Source of the DNA: Candidatus Entotheonellaceae bacterium
GTDB lineage: Bacteria > Tectomicrobia > Entotheonellia > Entotheonellales > Entotheonellaceae
NCBI GenBank assembly: GCA_965238075.1
Contig: OZ250173.1
Coordinates: 608,001 to 672,000 of the forward strand
Reading direction: 5' to 3'
DNA length: 64,000 nucleotides
The translations under genes and the position numbers were made by a program. A model generated the notes under the pieces. It worked only from the letters and a program-made list of their open reading frames with translations. It did no database searches and was not told where the DNA came from. Below, in pieces: positions 1-9,452 of this stretch (position 1 is the first letter of the stretch; the number at the start of each line of letters is the position of its first letter).

Positions 1-521
1 CCGAGTCCGGCGCCCACGTCACGGGCGAAGGCGCGCGGCTTATCCAATTTGCGAAGGAAGTCCTCCGCGTTGTCGGCCAGCCGGAAAGTTTCGAGCTTCG
101 CGGGGCGGCCTGCTGGGTTTTCACCCACCAACACGAAATCGCGGGTGTTCGTCACCAGGATCAACCGGTAGCGGTTCCAGTAGCGCCTGACCTGATCGGA
201 GTCCGCTGTGAGCCAGGCATCGTCATCGGCGGCCTTCACCTCGACCACGCCGCGCTCCGGCGTCTGGCCCTCGCGCGGTCGGCCCTTCTGCACCTGCCTC
301 GCCGTGTAGAGACCGAAATCAGGATGCCCGGCGCCCTGATCGGCAAGCTCGCCGACGCAGAACACCTTGGGCTTGAGGGACTCGCCGATGGCGTTGAGCA
401 GATTGGCGAGCGGCCCGTAGCTCGACCGCTCCCCGGTCGCGCCGCCCGATGCGCGCACCCGTCCAAGATCGCCGAAGTACGCCTCGACGGCCGCTGTCAG
501 TTTTGTGTTCGTTGCCATCAT
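1..521 (-). CDS. Type ISP/IIG-like restriction-modification enzyme (N-6 DNA methylase fusion), N-terminal part; runs off window start
   Basis: Not in ORF track (no stop in window). Manual translation: MATNTKLTAAVEAYFGDLGRVRASGGATGERSSYGPLANLLNAIG...GAGHPDFGLY...GVVEVKA...QVRRYWNRYRLILVTNTRDF. PD..(E)VK nuclease motif and TNxxDF are typical of N-terminal nuclease domains of single-chain RM enzymes. AGGA upstream of three tandem ATGs (524/521/518). Confidence 0.7.
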   Translation of the reverse strand, partial: MMATNTKLTAAVEAYFGDLGRVRASGGATGERSSYGPLANLLNAIGESLKPKVFCVGELADQGAGHPDFGLYTARQVQKGRPREGQTPERGVVEVKAADDDAWLTADSDQVRRYWNRYRLILVTNTRDFVLVGENPAGRPAKLETFRLADNAEDFLRKLDKPRAFARDVGAGL

Positions 522-780
522 CATTCCTATAGCCCGCAAGGGTATCGGGGATTGCTGGCTGACCGTTGCGGGATGCAACATTGTTGCAAATCAGCACACC
601 CGCCAATTTTCCCGCAGATCACGTCATAAGCGACGCGATTTCAGAGAATTAGCCGCCTCCCCTTCCCTTCGGCCTCTTTCGAGCCGCTGCATTCTGCATC
701 AGCCCGACATCCCTTATTCCCACGTATCCATGATCTAGAGTATTTTTGGTTCTGATTGAATCGCTCAATGCTCCAAGGCG

Positions 781-852
781 GTCATTCCGGGCTTGACCCG
801 GAATCCAGCGGCCCCCGAAAACCTCTGGACTGCGGCCTTCGCCGGAGTGACA
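781..852. repeat. Palindromic intergenic repeat doublet (GTCATTCCGG..CCGGAATCCAG family)
   Basis: gtcattccgggcttgacccggaatccag ... ctggactgcggccttcgccggagtgac: two inverted half-elements, each an internal hairpin; related copy at 42852-42935. Confidence 0.75.
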
Positions 853-1524
853 TGGAATTAATGTCAAGCCATTATGATCCAAAAGTGCTCTACCGTTCTT
901 TCGTTCAAAGGACTTATTCGTTTGCCAGGGACTTGGCACGGTTCGTGCGTTTGTAATGGAACCGCTTGGTCGGCACCAAACCGGTCGAGCTTTACGACAA
1001 TTGGAGCCATATCCGACAGCAGAAGTCTGTATGGAACAGCAGAATGACGAATGACCCATCCTGCCTGAAAGAACGGCTTGGGAATTGAGCCACCCTCATC
1101 CGTGGACGACGAACGGGAATATGGTCCACCCCTCCATTTCATGCCGTCGGCACTTGCCGCGTCCTGCTTCCGGCGCCGGCATGGAATTGGCCACGTTACC
1201 CGGAAGGCCATCGCATCGTCCTTCCCGCCATTGCCCCGCCTTACTTCGTCACGCCCCCTTCATTCAGGTTCCATACAGGCTGACTGCTGGCTTCGCGGCA
1301 AATGCGGACTGCTCTTCACTGATCGGACCTACAACTGACACCCGTGTCCGGGCTCGTAATGGCGGTGGCGCCGTCCTTAAACGGCAGCGCAATTATCGCC
1401 GGGAGGAAGGCACTGCTGGGCGGGGAGCATTAGGATTGACGGGGGAAGGAAGCACCTGCAAAGGCCGCCATCGGCGATGACGGCCTTCGGTTGGCTGTGG
1501 GCGTAGCTGTCGGTCGGAATCAGG

Positions 1525-2403
1525 CTACAGGGCGGTGCCGACCGTGGCAAACGAATCGCGCCCGCGGGCATAAGAGCGAATGTCCTGCCCCGCGTTGCGG
1601 TTGACAAACTCGCGGCCCCACATGGGGTGGCGCATGCTGCGCACCTCATGCTCAAGGGTGAATAGGACCTTACCGGTGTCGGGATGCACGATGTCCTGGA
1701 AACGGTACTGGCAGGTATCGCTTTCTTCGGTGATCAGGCCGTGCTCGTCCAGAAAGGCGTGCGGGCCGGAGAAATTAGCCACATAAACGGCGATGTGATG
1801 GCCGTCGTAGGCCGGAATGGCTTTCCGGGTTTCGCGGAAAACCAGCTTCTGTTCACAGCCGACGAGCACTTCGACGACGGCGCCGTTGGTGTCTTCCGAC
1901 AGCGTGTAGGGCGCCTGCATGACGGTCTTGTAAAACTGTCCGATGCCTGCCGCCGTGCCCCGCTTGACCGGAAACTCGACATACGGAATGCCCAGGCTCA
2001 TGTCGCCGAATTCTTCTTGGTCCGGCGCGTGGCAGCGGAACTGGTTGCCCCACGGCCCGGTGACGTTGACGTGGCCGTTTTCTTCGGCGCAGGTGAATTG
2101 CGTGTCCGTCATCTGCTCCTGAAGCGCCGTGAGACGCATCTTGAGGGCCTCGAGGTCGGGCACTACCAGGCCGATGACGCCCCGTAGCACTTGCGGCTCG
2201 CGGGTTGGCAGGTGAAACTGCTGCTGCCCGACGTTTATCCACATGTTTTCGGCACTCACCATCATGTAGGGGTCACGGGTAAAGCCCAGGCCGGAAACGT
2301 AAAACTGCGTGGCCGTCACCTGGTCGGGGGCCGTCACGTTGACGTGCTCCATCGCCAGGATGTTGCCAACGTCTTGCGATGCACGGTCGAATATCTTCTT
2401 CAT
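1525..2403 (-). CDS. VOC/glyoxalase-family protein (two domains)
   Basis: EHVNVT...FYVSGLGF...WINVGQQQFHLP and GHHIAVYV motifs; start taken at MKKIFD, preceded by GGAG. Confidence 0.75.
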   Translation of the reverse strand: MKKIFDRASQDVGNILAMEHVNVTAPDQVTATQFYVSGLGFTRDPYMMVSAENMWINVGQQQFHLPTREPQVLRGVIGLVVPDLEALKMRLTALQEQMTDTQFTCAEENGHVNVTGPWGNQFRCHAPDQEEFGDMSLGIPYVEFPVKRGTAAGIGQFYKTVMQAPYTLSEDTNGAVVEVLVGCEQKLVFRETRKAIPAYDGHHIAVYVANFSGPHAFLDEHGLITEESDTCQYRFQDIVHPDTGKVLFTLEHEVRSMRHPMWGREFVNRNAGQDIRSYARGRDSFATVGTAL

Positions 2404-2462
2404 GGGAACCGGTCTCCTCAACATAAGCAGGAACGAGTTTGATACCGGGGGAACGCGGCGGA

Positions 2463-3401
2463 TTATAGCACAGGCGTCTCAACCGACGGTTCCGGTTCGG
2501 GCAGGGGCTTGCCCAGCACGTGCCGCAGAGCACTCTCGAGGTCTGGATAGCGAAAGGCGTAGCCCGAGGCGTTGAGCTTGGCCGGTTCCACGCGCGTGCT
2601 GGCCAGCAGCAAGGCGTCGGCCATCTCGCCGAACAGCAGACGGGCGGCAAAGGCCGGCACGGCAAATCGTGTCGGGCGCCGTAACACTCGGCCCAACGTC
2701 TTGGTAAAATCGCGATTGCTGACCGGCTCGGGCGCCACGAGATTCACGGCGCCGTGCAAGGATTCCGTGGCCAGCACGTGAGAAACGGCACCCACGACGT
2801 CGTCCAGCGTGATCCAGCTCATGACTTGGGCGCCGCCGCCAAGCACCCCGCCGAGGCCGAGCCGGAACGGCGTCAGCATCTGGCCCAAGGCGCCGCCGGA
2901 AGCGCTCAGCACCATGCCCAAGCGCAGCGACACGACCCGGATGCCGCGTTCTGCCGCCGGAGCCGCCGCTGCTTCCCAGTCAACGCAGACGCGCGCCAGA
3001 AAATCTTCCCCGGCGCGGCCCCCTTCCCGCAGCAGGCGCTCGCCGCGGTTGCCGTAATACCCAATGGCCGAGGCGCATACGAAGGTCTTGGGCGGCCTGA
3101 CGACCTGTTGCAGCGCCTCGCAGATGACCTGGGTGCCGCGCACCCGGCTGTCGTAGATACGCCGCTTCTTGTCCGCCGTCCAGCGTCCGGTGATGCTCTC
3201 GCCGGCCAGATGCACGACGGCGTCCAGCCCCTCCAGGGCCGGCGGGGGCATGCGTCCGGCCTCCGGCTGCCAGGCCACTTCTCCCCATCCCGGCCGCGCC
3301 CGCCCGCGAACCAGCCTCGTCACCCGGTGCCCCGCCGCTTCAAGGAACGGCGTTAAAGCCGAACCGATCAGACCGTTTGTTCCGCTTACGAGTATGTGCA
3401 T
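2463..3401 (-). CDS. TIGR01777 family NAD-dependent epimerase/oxidoreductase (YfcH-like)
   Basis: ILVSGTNGLIG, VVHLAGESI, SAIGYYG, FLARVCVDWE, GQVMSWI-like and YAFRYPDLESAL motifs. Confidence 0.9.
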   Translation of the reverse strand: MHILVSGTNGLIGSALTPFLEAAGHRVTRLVRGRARPGWGEVAWQPEAGRMPPPALEGLDAVVHLAGESITGRWTADKKRRIYDSRVRGTQVICEALQQVVRPPKTFVCASAIGYYGNRGERLLREGGRAGEDFLARVCVDWEAAAAPAAERGIRVVSLRLGMVLSASGGALGQMLTPFRLGLGGVLGGGAQVMSWITLDDVVGAVSHVLATESLHGAVNLVAPEPVSNRDFTKTLGRVLRRPTRFAVPAFAARLLFGEMADALLLASTRVEPAKLNASGYAFRYPDLESALRHVLGKPLPEPEPSVETPVL

Positions 3402-3445
3402 AGCCTCTCCAGTTGACGTGCCAGACATGGCTTCATGCTGGCCTA

Positions 3446-3498
3446 CCCTCTCCTCGCCCCCTCACCCCAACACTCTCCCTCCAGGGAAGAGGGGAAAG
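3446..3498. repeat. CCCTCACCCC...GGGAGAGGG-type REP-like palindrome
   Basis: ccccctcaccccaacactctccctccagggaagagggg; similar copies at ~45621, ~48533, ~48637, ~53042. Confidence 0.7.
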
Positions 3499-3501
3499 AC
3501 A

Positions 3502-4269
3502 CTACCCCAGCGAGACGATGCCCTCCGCCACCGGCTCAAGGCGTTCCAGAACCAGGGGATCGTGCCCAGGAACGATCAGGTCCGGCTTGTCGGCTAGTTC
3601 CCGCATGCGCTCGAAGCTGTCGTACATGCCGGGCAAGTCGTGCAGCACCATGAACGGCACGTCCTTCTCGATGTTGTGGTAATAATGCGACGCGTCCGTC
3701 GCGAGGACGGCCCGACCCAGGGCGGTCTGCACCGTGACGATCTGCAGGCCGGCGGTGTGGCCGCCGACCCGGTATACGTGCACGCCCGGGACGATCTCGC
3801 GCACGCCGTCAACCAGCGTCAGCCGCCCCTCGTAGTTGTAACGCACCATGGCCACCACGTCGTCCACCTCGATGGAGCGCCGGAAGGCGGCGTGGCGCAC
3901 GTACTTGCCGGTGTAGAAACGCATTTCGTCTTCCTGCAGGTAGAACGTGGCGTTCGGGAACAACTCGTAGTTGCCAACGTGATCGTAGTGCAGGTGGCTG
4001 ACGACGACGTGCGAGACGCTGGCGCAGTCGATACCCAGTTCCGCCAAACCTACCGACGGGCAGCGCAGGAACTCGCGCCCGCGGCGCGTGCCGACTGCCT
4101 CCGTGAAGCCTAGATCGACGATCACCGTGTGCCGGTCGTTCACCAGCGCCCACACGAAGTAGGACATCTTCATCGGCGTGTCGTGGTAGTCCCCGTAGAA
4201 CAATTCCGTCGAGGTGGTCTCCCGACGGGCGTATTGCACCGCGTAGATGGTGTATGGCGAGAGCGACAT
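3502..4269 (-). CDS. N-acyl homoserine lactonase family metallo-beta-lactamase-fold hydrolase
   Basis: SHLHYDHVG (HxHxDH), GGHTAG, ATDA and PGHD metal-binding motifs. Confidence 0.85.
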   Translation of the reverse strand: MSLSPYTIYAVQYARRETTSTELFYGDYHDTPMKMSYFVWALVNDRHTVIVDLGFTEAVGTRRGREFLRCPSVGLAELGIDCASVSHVVVSHLHYDHVGNYELFPNATFYLQEDEMRFYTGKYVRHAAFRRSIEVDDVVAMVRYNYEGRLTLVDGVREIVPGVHVYRVGGHTAGLQIVTVQTALGRAVLATDASHYYHNIEKDVPFMVLHDLPGMYDSFERMRELADKPDLIVPGHDPLVLERLEPVAEGIVSLG

Positions 4270-4464
4270 GGTTCCCCCCTTGGATCCTCGTTATCACCGG
4301 CCTGCATCGAGGTGCGCGTGGCTGCGTGACGTTCGTCAGTATTGTAGATTCTCCGCCTCACAGATTAAAGGTGTTCATTGCCGAATGCCACGCAGCCGTC
4401 GATTTCCCCAGGATACGTTTCAGGCTCTTTCCTCCCCGAATTCAAACACGGAGGTCACGTTGTG

Positions 4465-5214
4465 ATGCACACGGATACGCCCCTGGGTTTCGCCCTTAAA
4501 CTCGCACTTCTCACGTCGGTCCTGTTTCTTCCCGCCAACGTATTGGCGCAGGCCGAGATGACCCAACCGACCGAGCCTGCGCAGCAGATGTCCGTGGAAG
4601 AAGTGGGCATGCAGCGGCTCGACGTCATTGAAGTGACCGCCACCAAACAGGACCTGCTGTCCGTGCAGGACGTGCCGTTCTCGGTAAATGTGCAATCCGA
4701 AGTAGACCTCCAACGCCAGAATGCCGCAACGCTGGAAGACCTGTCCCGCACCGTGCGCGATGCCGACGGTAATGTCGTTGGCGGCGTGAAAGAAGGCAAT
4801 CGCTTGGCTTCCGTGCCCGAATGGCGGTTGTCGGCATCCGGCACGTACACGCTGCCGGGCATCCTGGGCGCCGAGGAAAGTCACCTGTCCGCCTCATGGC
4901 AGTATGTCGGCGATCAATACACCCAGCCCGGCGACCAGGAACCCGGCGCCGGAAGCTTCGAACACAATCTGCCCTTTGGCGGTGCCACCGGCAATGAAGT
5001 CACCACCCTGGACCTGAAGCTGCCCGCCTACAGCCTTGTCAACCTGCGGGCCGGGCTGCTGTATGGCAACTGGGAGTTGATGCTCTACGTCGACAACGTG
5101 ACGAATGAAAACGCCCTGTTGTCCTTCGACCGTGAACGCGGCGGCCGCGCCCGCTTGGGATACCGGGTCGGGCAGCCGCTCACCCTGGGCGCGACGATGC
5201 GCTGGTTTTTCTAG
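4465..5214 (+). pseudogene. TonB-dependent receptor with large in-frame internal deletion
   Basis: Signal peptide and start of plug (IEVTATK..SVQDVPFSVNV...LEDLSR) join directly to the last barrel strands (GNRLASVPEW...YSLVNLRAG...YVDNVTNE...GQPLTLGATMRWFF, terminal Phe); only ~250 aa. Confidence 0.75.
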
Positions 5215-5246
5215 GACGGATCGGAAGCCACCTGGCCTCTGGTGCG

Positions 5247-5378
5247 CTACGTACCGGAGGCCAACTGTTCCTTGAGAGCCTGGGAACGGGATTCGTTCAG
5301 ACCCGTGGCGGCTTCGGCGGTATCGGAGAAGACGGCGCGAAAGAGTCTGTCGTGAGGCTGGGCGATCTCGTCGGCCAT
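5247..5378 (-). pseudogene. Rpn/YhgA-like (PD-(D/E)XK putative transposase) remnant, 43 aa
   Basis: MADEIAQPHDRLFRAVFSD is the typical Rpn N-terminus (PHDxxF); it is followed at once by a C-terminus-like ATGLNESRSQALKEQL. Confidence 0.7.
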
Positions 5379-5446
5379 GGCTTCAAAGCCCCGACTTGTA
5401 AAACGCCTTGACGGTCCGCCGGCGATTCCAAGGCTGTTTTTGCCTG

Positions 5447-6643
5447 TCAGGGGCGCTCGAACAGCGCGGCGACGCCCTGGCCGCCGCCGACACACATGGT
5501 CTCCAGGCCGTAGCGGGCGTCTCGGCGCTGCATCTCGTGCAGCAGGGTCGTCAAGATGCGCGCACCGGTGGCGGCGATGGGATGTCCGAGCGAAATGCCG
5601 GAGCCGTGCACGTTCAGCTTGCTGTCATCCTCCAGCTTCCACTCCTTCACCACCGCCAGTACCTGGGAGGCGAAAGCCTCATTGAGCTCGATCACGTCGA
5701 GGTCGTCGAACGTCACGCCGGTGCGGGCGAACAGTTTCTGCACCGCCGGCACCGGCCCGATTCCCATATAGGCTGGATGCACCCCGGCCACTGACCAGCC
5801 CCTCAGAAAGGCCATCGGCGTCAGCCCCAGCTCGTCGAGCTTGTCGGCTGCCACGACGAGGCAGACCGACGCGGCATCGTTTTGCGAGCTGGCGTTCCCC
5901 GCCGTTACGGTGCCGCCCTTTGTCATCGGGCGCAGCTTGGCGAGAACCTCCAGGGACGTGTCAGGACGCGGCCCCTCGTCGGCGTTGAACACCTTGGGAT
6001 CACCACGCCGCTGCGGCATGCTGACCGGCACGATCTCGTCGGCGAACAGGCCCTGCTCCCGCGCTGCCACGGCGCGCTGGTGGCTGCGTAGGGCGTAAGC
6101 ATCCTGCTCCTCACGCGAGATGTCGTGGCGCTCGGCGAGGTTTTCCGCTGTCTCGACCATCCCGGAGATGAACCCGAAACGCTCCTCGGGGGCCACAGTG
6201 GAACGTGCCCGCGTCAGGCGGTCGTGCAGGGTCACCGAGCCCAGGCGGCTGCCGCTCCGCATGTCCGTGCTGTAGAACTCCACCCGGCTCATGCTCTCGA
6301 CGCCGCCGGCGATCACCACATCTGCGTTGCCGGTTTGGACCATCATGCTGGCGTTGAGGATGGCTTGCAGGCCCGACGAGCAGCGGCGGTCCAACTGGTA
6401 TCCCGGCACCTCGATGGGCAGCCCGGCCTTCAGGGCGCACAGGCGGCCGATCGCCGGCTCCTCGCCGCTCGCATAGCCGTGCCCCAGGATGACCTCGTCA
6501 ACCTTTTCGGGCGCCAGGCTCGTGCGTTCCAAGGCGGCTTTGATGACCGTCGACCCCAACTCGGCAGCAGACACGTCCTTCAGCGCCCCACCAAAGCTCC
6601 CGACCGCCGTGCGAACAGGGCTGACAATGGCGACATCTCTCAC
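5447..6643 (-). CDS. Acetyl-CoA C-acetyltransferase (thiolase)
   Basis: RTAVGSFGG, RRCSSGL (active Cys), ELNEAFA, GHPIAATG and MCVGGGQG motifs. Confidence 0.95.
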   Translation of the reverse strand: MRDVAIVSPVRTAVGSFGGALKDVSAAELGSTVIKAALERTSLAPEKVDEVILGHGYASGEEPAIGRLCALKAGLPIEVPGYQLDRRCSSGLQAILNASMMVQTGNADVVIAGGVESMSRVEFYSTDMRSGSRLGSVTLHDRLTRARSTVAPEERFGFISGMVETAENLAERHDISREEQDAYALRSHQRAVAAREQGLFADEIVPVSMPQRRGDPKVFNADEGPRPDTSLEVLAKLRPMTKGGTVTAGNASSQNDAASVCLVVAADKLDELGLTPMAFLRGWSVAGVHPAYMGIGPVPAVQKLFARTGVTFDDLDVIELNEAFASQVLAVVKEWKLEDDSKLNVHGSGISLGHPIAATGARILTTLLHEMQRRDARYGLETMCVGGGQGVAALFERP

Positions 6644-6824
6644 GGTGTTTCCCCTTGTTTATGAAAGGTTGTATACGCGGGTGGTCCCTGAAATATGGAG
6701 GTGAACGACTGTAGGATATTCGACGGCCGCAAGCAACCGCCACAGGGTTGACCCTGTTCGGCCCGGCGCCTTACACTGCCAACAGTAAGCAACAAGTAAA
6801 GCGCTCTACGGAAGGACGCAACCC

Positions 6825-8207
6825 ATGCAGGAAGAACCCACCAGCTTACGTATCGAGGACCCCGGCGTTCGGAGCCTGTTCTCGGAGACGGCGCGCTACC
6901 AGGCTTGGCTGGACGTCGAAGCTGCCTTGGCGCAGGCGCAAGCGGAACTCGACATCATCCCGGCAGAGGCGGCCGCGGAGATCACCCGCAAGGCGAAACT
7001 TTCCTACCTCAACATGGACGCCATCCGGGAGGGCCTGGCGCGCACCGGGCACCCCCTGGTACCGCTGGTCTGGGAGCTGGACCGGGTGTGCGACGGTGAC
7101 GCCGGCGGCTACGTGCACTGGGGGGCGACGACGCAGAACATCACGCAGACCGGACAGCTCCTGCTGGTGCGGCGAGCACACACGATCTTCCTCACCCAAC
7201 TGGCCGCCCTGCTCAACCTGCTGGCCGACCTCGCCGAGGAGACCAAGGACGCCCTGCTGCCGGGACGAACGCATGGGCAGCACGCGGTCCCAGCAACCTT
7301 TGGTTACAAGGTGGCGGTATGGATCGACGAGTTGTGCCGCCACGTGGAACGCCTGCGCGGCTGCGAGGAGCGCGTCTTCGTCGCCATGCTGGGCGGCGCT
7401 GCCGGCACCCTCGCGTCGCTGGGCGAGTTGGGCCTACCGACGCAGGCGTTGATGGCGCAGCGTCTTGGCATGACGCCCATGCCGGTGCCGTCGCGCACCT
7501 TGGGCGATCATCAGGCAGAGTACGTGAGCCTGCTCGGCCTGCTTGCCGCCACCAGCAGCAAAATCGGGCGGGAAATTTACACGCTCATGAAGCAGGAATT
7601 CGGCGAGGTCGAGGAGCCGGTACCGACGGGCACGGTGGGTAGCAGCACCATGCCGCAAAAGCGCAATCCCAAGCTGGCACAGGACGTCGTGGCGGCGGCG
7701 GCGCAGGTGCGCACTCTGGTGCCGCTGGCGCTGGAAGCCATGCAGACCGAGCACGAGGCCGACCGCACGACCAGCATCATGATGCAACGCGCCATCAGCG
7801 AGGCGTGCGGCCTGACCGGCGACATTCTGCAACGACTCATCGCGCTGTTCTCGGGCCTGCAGGTATTTCCCGAACGCATGCGCCGCAACCTCGACCTCAG
7901 CGGCGGCCTGATCATGGCAGAGGCGCTGATGCTCGAGCTCGGCAAGCAGATGGGCCGACAACGGGCGCACGACGTCATCTACGATCTGGCGCAGGCAGCC
8001 GTGACCGAGGAACAGTCATTTCAAGAATTGCTGGCCGCCGACCCTGCGGTCCGGGATCATCTGAGCGACGAACAGATCGCCGCCCTGCTGGATCCGGGCC
8101 GCTACACCGGCATGTGCCGTCATTTCGCCGAGCAGGGCGCTATCCAGGCCCGCGAGACTGCGACCGCTATCAACCGTCGCACTGTGACCGAACGACCCTC
8201 AACCTAA
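6825..8207 (+). CDS. Adenylosuccinate lyase / 3-carboxy-cis,cis-muconate cycloisomerase family lyase
   Basis: HWGATTQNI, GRTHGQHA and GSSTMPQKRNP fumarase-superfamily signature. Confidence 0.9.
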   Translation: MQEEPTSLRIEDPGVRSLFSETARYQAWLDVEAALAQAQAELDIIPAEAAAEITRKAKLSYLNMDAIREGLARTGHPLVPLVWELDRVCDGDAGGYVHWGATTQNITQTGQLLLVRRAHTIFLTQLAALLNLLADLAEETKDALLPGRTHGQHAVPATFGYKVAVWIDELCRHVERLRGCEERVFVAMLGGAAGTLASLGELGLPTQALMAQRLGMTPMPVPSRTLGDHQAEYVSLLGLLAATSSKIGREIYTLMKQEFGEVEEPVPTGTVGSSTMPQKRNPKLAQDVVAAAAQVRTLVPLALEAMQTEHEADRTTSIMMQRAISEACGLTGDILQRLIALFSGLQVFPERMRRNLDLSGGLIMAEALMLELGKQMGRQRAHDVIYDLAQAAVTEEQSFQELLAADPAVRDHLSDEQIAALLDPGRYTGMCRHFAEQGAIQARETATAINRRTVTERPST

Positions 8208-8225
8208 TGCAGGAGAAATTATTTC

Positions 8226-9116
8226 ATGGCCAGTTCCGAACTTACCGACATCATCACCATGCTGCGATCCAGGCCCGTGGTGGAAAATCCACCAGTGGCC
8301 GACATGCGAAAGGGCTTCGACGTTCTGGCGTCCAAATTCCCCCTCACACCGGAATTCACCTTCACGCGCATCGACGCGGGCGGCGTGCCGGCCGCCTGGG
8401 TTGAAGCCCCCGGCGCCGACTCTGGGCGCACCATGCTGTACCTGCATGGCGGCGGTTACGTCATCGGCTCCATCGACACGCACCGCGAGCTGGCCGGGCG
8501 GCTGTCGCAGGCCGCCGCGGCGCGCGTGCTCATCATCGACTACCGACTGGCACCCGAGCACCCGTACCCCGCTGCGGTCGAGGACGCGGCTGCAGCCTAT
8601 CGCTGGCTGCTGGCCAACGGCGCTGACCCGGCCCGTACGGTCATCGCCGGCGATTCGGCGGGCGGCGGCTTGACGGTGGCCACCCTGCTTGCCCTGCGCA
8701 AATCGGGCGATCCGCTGCCAGCCGCCGGCGTGTGCTTGTCCCCATGGGTGGACATGGAAGGCATCGGCGAATCCATGACCAGCAAGGCCGCCGTCGATCC
8801 CATGGTGCGGCACGAGGGACTGGTGCGCATGGCGAGCCTCTACCTGAACGGCGCCGACCCACGTACGCCGCTGGCGGCGCCCCTGTATGCCGACCTGAGC
8901 GGTCTACCGCCGTTGCTGATCCACGTCGGTAGCGCCGAAACACTGCTGGACGATGCCACTCGCCTCGCCGAGCGCGCCAGGGCCGCCGGCGTGGACGTCA
9001 CCCTGGAGTCATGGGACGACATGATTCACGTCTGGCACCTCTTCGCGCCGCTGCTTCCCGAAGGGCGGCAGGCCGTCGAACGGGTGGGCGAGTACGTGCG
9101 TGAGCGGGCGGCGTAG
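8226..9116 (+). CDS. Alpha/beta hydrolase (hormone-sensitive lipase family esterase)
   Basis: HGGG, DYRLAPEHP, GDSAGG nucleophile elbow, HVW. Confidence 0.92.
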   Translation: MASSELTDIITMLRSRPVVENPPVADMRKGFDVLASKFPLTPEFTFTRIDAGGVPAAWVEAPGADSGRTMLYLHGGGYVIGSIDTHRELAGRLSQAAAARVLIIDYRLAPEHPYPAAVEDAAAAYRWLLANGADPARTVIAGDSAGGGLTVATLLALRKSGDPLPAAGVCLSPWVDMEGIGESMTSKAAVDPMVRHEGLVRMASLYLNGADPRTPLAAPLYADLSGLPPLLIHVGSAETLLDDATRLAERARAAGVDVTLESWDDMIHVWHLFAPLLPEGRQAVERVGEYVRERAA

Positions 9117-9129
9117 GCGTAGACCGTTG

Positions 9130-9159
9130 TTGACAGGCTTACGGACGTTCAACTAGCAT
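9130..9159 (+). promoter_or_regulatory. Sigma70-type promoter for tRNA-Sec
   Basis: TTGACA (9130-9135), 18-nt spacer, TAGCAT (9154-9159), ~35 nt before the tRNA. Confidence 0.6.
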
Positions 9160-9193
9160 GGGCGCCCAATCAGAACCTGCCGAAACATGGCGT

Positions 9194-9290
9194 GGAAGCG
9201 TATCGGTGCTGGTGTGCCGCCTGGACTTCAAATCCAGTGACCGGGGCTAATAACTTCGGAGGTGGGTTCGACTCCCACACGCTTCCGCCA
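9194..9290 (+). tRNA. selC: tRNA-Sec (anticodon UCA)
   Basis: 8-bp acceptor GGAAGCGT/ACGCTTCC + G-CCA; 6-bp D stem with 4-nt loop; anticodon arm CTGGA-CTTCAAA-TCCAG (TCA at 9228-9230); long variable arm; T arm GTGGG-TTCGACT-CCCAC (8/5 fold). Confidence 0.96.
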
Positions 9291-9452
9291 TTCCCCCCAT
9301 ATCGCCGGCTTCGCATGCGGTGTATCGACTCACCTCGACGGGCTGGGAATCCGCATGACCACCGGCGGGCTTGGCCGGGACACCCTGGAACTCGGCGTGG
9401 ATGCCCGCCCCGGATCACGTTCACGAACGATGAGACCGCCGCGGAGAAACGT

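Noticed and set aside
853-1520. Short ORFs in a gene-poor stretch
   Set aside because: No recognisable family, RBS pattern or repeat array; possibly decayed DNA, but no call can be supported.
9192-9452. N-terminal extension of the SDR ORF
   Set aside because: Overlaps tRNA-Sec; the SDR start with RBS is at 9453.
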